NCBI RefSeq assembly: GCF_001194135.2
Contig: NC_068981.1
Location: forward strand, 7,890,617-7,936,403
Length of the DNA: 45,787 nucleotides
DNA from: Octopus bimaculoides
Lineage: Eukaryota
Direction of reading: 5' to 3'
Part shown: positions 37,231 to 45,787 of the stretch, piece by piece
Numbering within the stretch: the first letter of the stretch is position 1
How the letters are laid out: each line of letters starts with the position of its first letter
Made by a program: the position numbers and the translations under genes
The notes under the pieces: generated by a model
The model's input: the letters and a program-made list of their open reading frames with translations, nothing else
What the model was told of the DNA's origin: nothing
Databases searched by the model: none

Positions 37231-39115
37231 GGACCCGTTAGTTGAGGGGTGATTATCAGTGGCCCAGTGACTTTTCAATGTGCCCGGGAAAGAACCTAAA
37301 TGGTCGTAGCAGGAATGTCTTTGAAGACAATGATCTGTTCCACCAGGAATAACCTGTGGTGTAAGGAACTAAAAGGGGCCCGAAACAATGAAAAAGCTCT
37401 GAGTAGTCACACGATCTGCTAGAGGAGCAACCAATTCTCTCTCAGATCACATTTAACAGCCTTAAATGTGGAAGAACTCAGTGTGATGTAGTCCGTGATA
37501 TTCAAAATGGATGGTCACAGCTGACTGTCTTTTTTCATAGGTTGTTCGATCAGAGTAAAACAGGGGTTAAACTAAAACTCAGGGTTACCTGCAAGAAAGT
37601 CTCCTTCGAATAAGATCTTACTGCTTTTAATATAGAAAGCCACGTTCAAAAACGTAACACAAAAAAGCGGATAGTTCCCCATTTCACATATGTTAAAAAC
37701 ATATGTGTGTGTGCGTGCGTATATGAGTATATGTGTACGAGCGCCTGTGTAAGAATGTGTATATGAATATAGGTTTGTTAATATACGTATATGGAATTTT
37801 TTTATTGACATAGGGTATAAATGTACGCATATATGTGTGCGTGTATGTGTATACCTACACAGAGTTACTTTCACAGATACGTAAATCTACACATGTATAC
37901 ACCCTTAAGTATATACATGCGAAAGTACAAACACACCCGTAACTGCCAACGGATACACAAGCAGAACGTAATTAAAATCTGTTCAGGGAAAACGCAGGTA
38001 TATAATGAATGCGAAGATTAGGATGCTTATGTATATAGATATCTTCCACTGTAGAACTTTGTATATTTCAATATCAGCTGGTAGTTATAGTTGAAGAATC
38101 ATCTATACATATGTATCTACAGAAGTATTATATGTGTCTGTGCGTGTGCGATTATGTATGTGTATTTGTGCGTGTGTCCCAACAGATTTCCTCTGTGCGT
38201 ATCTGGAATAGGTGTGCTATGGAGTAAATTGAATGCAGAAACAACATTTAGCAGACATTCCGTGCGTAGTAGAAACTATAGACAAATATAAATAAATGTC
38301 CATACGATCTTATCGTAGGTAAAAAGAAATGGGAAACGGTTTGACTAGTTTCGTTCCTAAATGTGAAAGACTAACAGGGGCTGCGCGCTCGTCTGTCTTC
38401 CGCATAGTAAGAAATTGTAGATATGGTTATTATTATTATTAAGGATGTCACCAAACTGTAAAATTTGATTTGTATTAATAAGTCCATTGAAACAATGAAA
38501 CTTAATCAGTTAAATAGTGACATACTTGGCAGTATGCTTTGTGCAACAGAATTGCATCGGACATTCATAATTACATACATACTCACATACTCACATACAT
38601 GCATGCATACATATCGTAGAAGAGCTTTTTTGAAAAGTCAAACTGTTAAATTTCCTTTAAATTTAAATTTATTCCAAGACATGTCAATATTTTCCTCACA
38701 CAACTCTAAGCTGATCACTGACACAGTTCCACAGTAAAATTGTGTCACTGAACGAGTCGCAATTATATGAAGAAAATGTTGACATTTCAGTTAATGAATT
38801 AAATTTCAAATGAGTTTAACAGCTGTGTGTGTGTTTAAATGGCCATTGTGGCCCTCCCACAACGTCATTGTTTTAGTTTAAACAAATGGCCTCAGATCAA
38901 GTTACTGACTACAAATGCACAATTCCGAAAAATGTATGCACAAATGACGATTAATTAACTCTGCATGTAAGTGCCTGCTTGTTTATATTGTGTGAGTGAG
39001 AGAGGGGTATGCCCGCGCACACGTGTGTGTTCGCGTGTGTGTGTATACATGTAAGCGTATACATAATATACACATTTACATACACACACAGAAGTTAACG
39101 TTATCTCTACATACC

Positions 39116-39150
<35 letters not shown>

Positions 39151-39177
39151 GTATGTACGTGTGTATATATATGTATG

Positions 39178-39242
<65 letters not shown>

Positions 39243-39319
39243 TCTTTTATTCATTTATTGGTTTCAGAGGCTAGGGCCATGCTGGAATACAGCCTTTCAG
39301 TGTTTTGGGGTCTCTTTTC

Positions 39320-41240
39320 AGTACCGTTTTTGTGCTTCCTGCCGTGATGTGGGCTCATCAGGGATTTCAGAGAGAAATTCGTCCAGTTGCTTTTTGAACA
39401 TTTCCCCATTTACAACTTGAAAATCTGGTAGTTTCCTTGGCAGGATGTTAAACAGTTGTGGTCCTCTAAAACCCAAGCTGTTGCAATGCCGTCCAGTTCG
39501 ATGGCTGCTATGGGTTTTAATTCCTAAATTGGGAACCAGACCTTCCAGGATCTTTCATATGTATATCACTGCATACCTTTCTTGCCTTCTCTCCAGGGTG
39601 TAGAGATTCAGTTCTTGTAGCCTCTCCAAGTATCTCATCTGTTTCACCGAGTCAATTTTCTTTGTATAGTGACCACAGTTGGAAGCAGTAATTCCAGATG
39701 ATAGAGGACAAATGTTCTCCATAGCAGCAGCAAGGGACCCTTATTTCTGGTTCTGAATGACCTGAGGATCTATCCAGCTACTTGCCTGCACAGTGTTGCC
39801 ATTCTGGTAATATGCACACGGAATATTGCATCACTAATCATGTGGATTCCCAGGTCATACACTGATTTTAACACTGCGATTGCACTGCTCCCTGGTCCTA
39901 TGTCTTCTGATCGTGGTCTGTTTGTGAGCCGATAGCAAAGTGCTTGAAACTTATAAGCTTTGAAGTACATGTTATTTTCATCAGCTTATTTGTATGCTGC
40001 ATGCAGGACATTTTGCAGTTTTACTATGCCATTAGGGTCCTTGACCACCCGAAATACTCTTGTATCATCAGCGTAGCTGGTGACAGTGGCTGATTGTACG
40101 ATTAACGGCATGTCTGAGGGAGCCACTACAAACAGTAGTGGTCCCAGTACAGTTCCTTGAGGAACTCGTCTGCGGACTGATGTCTCCCCAGATAGAGCAC
40201 CATTGGCTGCAACTGCCTGAATTCTGTCCTTTAAAATGTCGTGCAACCACTCACCCAGTTTTCCAGTCAATGGTTTTGACAAAGTCGAGATATATCACAT
40301 CCACACTTGAGTGATTGAGCTGCTGTTTCAGCACTCAATCGTAATGTTGTAGTAGCTGTGTAAGACAGCTCCTCCTTGGGCAGAAACCATGTTGTGTGTT
40401 TGTAAGCAAGATATTCTTTTCCAGGAACGTGATCAGTCTCCTTCTGACAATGCGTTCCATAACCTTGCTAACATGTGAAGTCAGATAGATAGGCCTATAA
40501 TTTTTAGCATCTGATCTGCTTCCTCCTTTGTGGTCAGGGCATATGACACCCTCTTTTAACAGTTTGGCAAGTTTTCCGCATGCAAGAAACACTGTAAAAG
40601 TATCTGCAGTGGTTTTGCGAGAGCTTTCGTGCATGTTTTTAGGAGAACAAATGGAAATCCATCCGGGCCCGTTGCTGAGATTGAGTTCATCTCATCAATG
40701 GCTGATATCACATCTTCCTCTTTTATGTCGATGTGATCGATAGTTGCCTTTTTCCCATGTAGGTGTGCAGTGTTGAAGTACTCTGTAGGTTCGTCCATGT
40801 GCCAGCTTCTCACTGAAAAGGTGAAGACCCTTGGGGTCTGCCGCTAGCGAGCCATCTTCTTAAAACAGTGGCCCTAACTCGTAGTCCACTGAAGCAGACT
40901 CTTTCGCGAACTTGTAAAAAGCTTTTAGATTTATTTTTATATTTTCCACAGTCCTGGTTTCTCTTTCTGTCTTTTCCTTCTCATGGCAGAGTCTGAGTTT
41001 ATTTTCGATCTGGGCGGGATTTTTTGCTGTCAATAAGTTTTTTTTTTATTTAAGCGATCGGAGATCTTTATTCTCTTTCTCATAAGGACTCTCTTGTCCC
41101 AAGGAATGATGTTTTTGAATTTGGTTGCTCTCTTTTTAGGGTCTAATTTCATGCATATGGTTCGCATTATGGACATGAATTCCTTAAGTTTCTTATCAAT
41201 CTCTTATTACACAACTAGTTGAGTAATATCCCAGCCGTAA
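39320..41240 (-). mobile_element. Decayed CR1-group LINE ORF2 (linker, RT, C-terminus)
   Basis: SATGPDGFP, KGGSRSDAKNYRPIYLTSHVSKVMERIV, QHGFCPRRSCLTQLL, DVIYLDFVK, VPQGTVLGPLLF, YADD (40064-40075), LRSFRTR, FKKQLDEFLSEIPDEP. Several frameshifts and stops, and a deletion after LDFVK. Confidence 0.9.
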
Positions 41241-41999
41241 GAGCCAGATGCAGGATGGGTCGAAACGATCGTTGTCTTGAATAAAGATTCTGCTAACTCT
41301 TTTTTTCCGTTTCCCTCATTCATTAGTCGTGGGGGGGGGTGTTACATATATATACAGATAATGCACATACTCGTGAACTTAAGCACATATAGAAACATAC
41401 GCATACCTTCATATTTACACACATATACATACACACATACACGTATGTGTGCACACATGCATACTTATATACACAAATCACTATAAACGGATTACTTTTT
41501 TCTTTTTTCTTTTTTGGTTCGTGAAAAATGTGACTTAGAATGATACAAATTTCCTATCTAAGGATGTGGTAGGGGGCAGTTATTTCTGGGAACGGCAAAC
41601 ATTTGGGGATTCGAAAATTGTGTTGAGATGGGAAATGTCAATGCTAAGACGAGGAGAATAATTGTAAAGAAAGAAAGAAATTTGGAGGAGAGAAATGAGG
41701 CAAGAAAAAATATTAAGAAGTGTGGAAGAAATAGATTCAAAGCTAATACGGAAATAAAAGAGGATGGCGAAGAATAAAGAAGGATTTAGGAGAGAGACGG
41801 GGGAGGTGAGAAGCATAAAAATGTTGGTATAAAGAGAGGCAAGAGAGGGAGAAGAGAGAGAAACTTTTATAAATAATTAAAAGGCGATGGAATATGTGTG
41901 GCGATGTGGAGACTGAATTGAGAAACAGACAGACGGATAGAGAAATGGCGTAAACGAAGACAGGTAAACGTATAGAAAATTTTTTGGAAACGTGTATAT

Positions 42000-42248
42000 G
42001 TCATTTAGACTGCGGCCATGCTGGAGTAACACCTTCAAGAATTAAAGTCGAACGCATCAACCTTGGTATTTATATATTGTTTTAAGTGCTTATTCTGTCC
42101 TTTCTTTTGCCGAGAGTACGTAAACACACTAACACCGCTTTGGCCGGCCCGAGGTTATAGTAGAGGACACTTGCCCAAGGTGCCACGCAATGGAACTGAA
42201 CCCGGAACCATGCGAATGGTAAGCAAACTTCTCACCACGTAGCCACAG
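42000..42248 (-). mobile_element. tRNA-derived SINE, family A (internally deleted)
   Basis: Reverse-complement match to 7758-8133 (catggttccgggttcagttcc, ggcaccttgggcaagtgtcctctactataacctcgggccg, ccagcatggccgcagtctaaatga). Confidence 0.8.
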
Positions 42249-42413
42249 CTGCTGCTGCTGTGTGCGCGTGTGCGTGCGTGTGTGCGTGAATGCGCGCGCG
42301 TTAGTGCTCCAGTACTCAATGAATAAGCTTAGCTCGGTTACTTTGTCCGCATTGCGGCAGACGATAATATCGTCTTGGGTGTTCGTCATTATTTCTATAT
42401 TGTACATATGTAT

Positions 42414-42455
<42 letters not shown>

Positions 42456-43086
42456 ATACACTTACACGCGCGCGCGTAGACACACACATATACATATATA
42501 TATATTTACATACATATGTGCATACATACATACGTAAGTATCTATGTATATGTATATACGTACATACTCGTGTTGATACATGTATATACATATGTATAAT
42601 TCTATTTGTACAATGCATTTGTATTTTCATATTAATGCATAAAACGGAAATCTCATGGCGGAAAAGACTATTGCTCCCAGCGGTATGCTTTGCCATTATT
42701 CAAATATGTATTTAATATATCAATTAGTTTTCCTGTACAAACAGCTTTTGTTCTCTCCTTTCAGTTCTTTATAATCCAATACCGGATGATGCTTCAATAT
42801 GCCGATGTCAGCTACTCCAGACTGGTGACTGCGTATGTGCTTTCCTTGGGTTGGACAATCTAGTTACGCGGTTGGGTGAATAGCTCTGGTCACCGGCGCT
42901 TAGGTAGACTTTGTACTCGGAAATTTAAACACCTGGAACGAATTCAACCGTAAATCAATTGATCGACGCTCATACCAATCAAGATAAATAATTCATTCAT
43001 AAACCCCCGAAATGATGACAAGCTAAACCAGGTTAGGCATTAGGGTATTCAGTCCTCTAGGTTAGCCATTTTCCCTTCCACAATGG

Positions 43087-43212
<126 letters not shown>

Positions 43213-44555
43213 TTTATGTTTCATTGTTGTAATTGTTGTTGGTGTTGGTGTTGTTATTCTGACTCTGCCTTAGCTCTGATTAAATGAATTTCTTTTCAGT
43301 GGCATAAAAGACTGAGACCATCGCATCTTTCATTTTGGCACAGTCCATCTGGGTCTACATCATTTAATGCGTCCTTTGTTTGCTTACAAAAATATAGTAT
43401 GGAATTGAAAACACATTTAGAAGTCAATTCATGCAGATTAATGAGTCTTGTTGTTGTTGTTGCTGCTGTATGTTGTCGCTTTTTAGTTCTAGGTCAGCTC
43501 AATTACAACAGTTATGGGACTGGGGTCTCCGAGAGTCAAGCCAAGCCATACTTATTCATATATATGCGCAGGTCAGGGTAACACAGAACAAACTTACGAG
43601 CAAAAGCGTTCAAGCCATGACCACGTGACCTTTTTTCTTATCGAGTAACAGCGTCTATAATTCATCGAAATATTTACCTTTTTTCAAAAAAGAAATGGAA
43701 GATATTTGGCTGTTATTTCTAACAACTTGAGTAACCGTGTAGAGCTTTCGTCTTTCTCTTACTCGTTCGTGTCTGACTGATGTTTGTGTATGTTACTATT
43801 AATATTCACAGGATTGCTTCAGAATAATGTAATAAATTTTATTAAAAGGGAATATAATTTCTTCTTGCAGCAATACAGCAAATAAAAAGAGTCTTTATGA
43901 TGGAGAATGTAATGTATCAAATATCTCCGCAAGTTTGCTGAACGGGAAGGACAGGAAATATGTAAGTGGATAGGAATGGAATGAGAAAGATTTGCAGAAA
44001 AAAGGTGAGAATGAAAGCAAACTCAAAATGAAGAGGAATCACACGAAATGTTGGTATATTAGAGAAATATTACGTTTTTATTGCCTTACACCTACCTAGG
44101 ATTGCCTTGAGTAACGATCAGCCAGATGGTCTCCCCAGACAGCAAAACAGTCATCACAGCTAACGTATCAGAACATACATGAACGCCCTGTTTTCCGCTC
44201 CTCCGTGTCAAATATAAATAAAGCAGTCACAGAGCAGAAATACTCCATAAATGTATATATGTATATATATATAGGTGAAGTATATTTGCCACTTAAATGT
44301 GGCTGACCCCTAAGGGTGGATGTTACTGTTGCTTTTAGCCCCAGGAGAACATCTCCTCCAGCTGGCTATTGACACACGTCTGTGTCCTGTCTATATTTGC
44401 AAAGGGAAGTCATCCTTCCCATCTCGATCTGCGATACGTACGGACTCGAGTTTCTGGGTATTTACCCGTCTTCAGCGTACGACAACCGCCGACCTTCGAT
44501 GCGAAATATATTCCTTTGCAAAAATACCTCGTTCAGAGATTTAACATTGTATATA

Positions 44556-44904
44556 TTGACCCAAATTGCATCCGAAGATTACACACACACACACACATNN
44601 NNNNNNNNNNNNNNNNNNNNNNNNNNNNNNNNNNNNNNNNNNNNNNNNNNNNNNNNNNNNNNNNNNNNNNNNNNNNNNNNNNNNNNNNNNNNNNNNNNNN
44701 NNNNNNNNNNNNNNNNNNNNNNNNNNNNNNNNNNNNNNNNNNNNNNNNNNNNNNNNNNNNNNNNNNNNNNNNNNNNNNNNNNNNNNNNNNNNNNNNNNNN
44801 NNNNNNNNNNNNNNNNNNNNNNNNNNNNNNNNNNNNNNNNNNNNNNNNNNNNNNNNNNNNNNNNNNNNNNNNTATATGTAATCTTCGGATGCAATTTGGG
44901 TCAA
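44556..44904. repeat. Perfect 28-bp inverted repeat (44556-44583 / 44877-44904) around (CA)n and an N-gap
   Basis: ttgacccaaattgcatccgaagattaca and its exact reverse complement tgtaatcttcggatgcaatttgggtcaa. Confidence 0.9.
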
Positions 44905-45001
44905 CCTTTGGGAAAGAATGTCGCAATCAGAACATAATTGGATGCGTTTTGTGATCAGCGGTGCATAACAGCGTCTGATAGTCTCGGCATTACTGTGATG
45001 A

Positions 45002-45049
<48 letters not shown>

Positions 45050-45579
45050 TAAATGTAACTAGCAAAATATATCAATGATATTATTTACATAGCACATACA
45101 AACACGATCTGGTATAGAAGGCAATACGCTGGTATTTTCATCTTTGGCCAGGCAGCTGCGCAATTACGCATACGATGCTGTCTTGTCTTGGCCTTTTGTA
45201 AGACGTTCCTCTAGGAGAAGACCATCTCGAATATTAAACTCGCTGCTTTGCTGAGCAGATTATCTTGCACTAGGTTAACGTCTGGGTTCCTTGGTATTAC
45301 TGGTAAGAATCGTTGAGATGTTGTGCAAGCCGAACTCGACCCCTGCACGGACATCTCTGATACTACAGTCAACAATGGTCATGATCGTCTAATGAGTAGA
45401 CAGCCATCATATGTATGTGTGTGTGTGTGCGTGTGTGTGCGCGTGTGTGTGAGAGTGTGTGTATATATCTATATTTCTACCTGTTCATCTTTATGTATAT
45501 GTGCGTGTGTGTATATACATATGGTATTTACACATGGTATATACACACACGCACACATATATACACATACATACACAGA

Positions 45580-45614
<35 letters not shown>

Positions 45615-45618
<4 letters not shown>

Positions 45619-45787
45619 AACAAAAACTCTACCAGGAAATAGAGGAGAGATATAACACCGAATTTAGGAAGCTTATAGAAAAAGCATGGAAGAGATACCT
45701 GGACGATTGCTTCATAATCTGGACCAAGCCTCAAAGCATTGTGGAAGAATTTAACACCCTCCTGAACAACCTACACCCATCCATCCA
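45615..45787 (+). mobile_element. Penelope-like element reverse transcriptase fragment (runs off the window)
   Basis: 57 open codons: MEQKLYQEIEERYNTEFRKLIEKAWKRYLDDCFIIWTKPQSIVEEFNTLLNNLHPSI. YLDD is at 45696-45707, and W.RY.DD.F.IW..F..LN.LHP.I is the Penelope RT signature. Confidence 0.85.

Overview
AT-rich eukaryotic DNA, dense in microsatellites and broken by ten N-gaps. The repeat content suggests an octopus or other coleoid cephalopod genome (inference from recalled repeat families, not a database search). No host protein-coding gene, tRNA, rRNA or CRISPR array can be supported, and nearly all listed ORFs are microsatellite or N-gap artefacts. The recognisable coding remnants are all transposable elements: two decayed CR1-group LINEs (14.9-16.1 kb +, 39.3-41.2 kb -), R4/Dong-type fragments tied to (TAA)n, Tx1-like fragments tied to (GATA)n, a Tc1 remnant with D-35-E spacing and an internal foldback, and a Penelope-like RT running off the right edge. 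There are also more than a dozen tRNA-derived SINE copies. The most notable signal is at 31.6-32.1 kb: a tRNA-headed SINE-like element whose tail carries a minimal type I hammerhead ribozyme of the Penelope kind, in an inverted duplication with a second hammerhead. A related decayed copy lies at 1.4-1.57 kb. Other unexplained structures are a palindromic 28-bp minisatellite, a TGCA/octamer motif cluster, a GC-rich insert inside a SINE, two mutually exclusive hairpins before a LINE-like ORF, and a perfect 28-bp inverted repeat around a gap.
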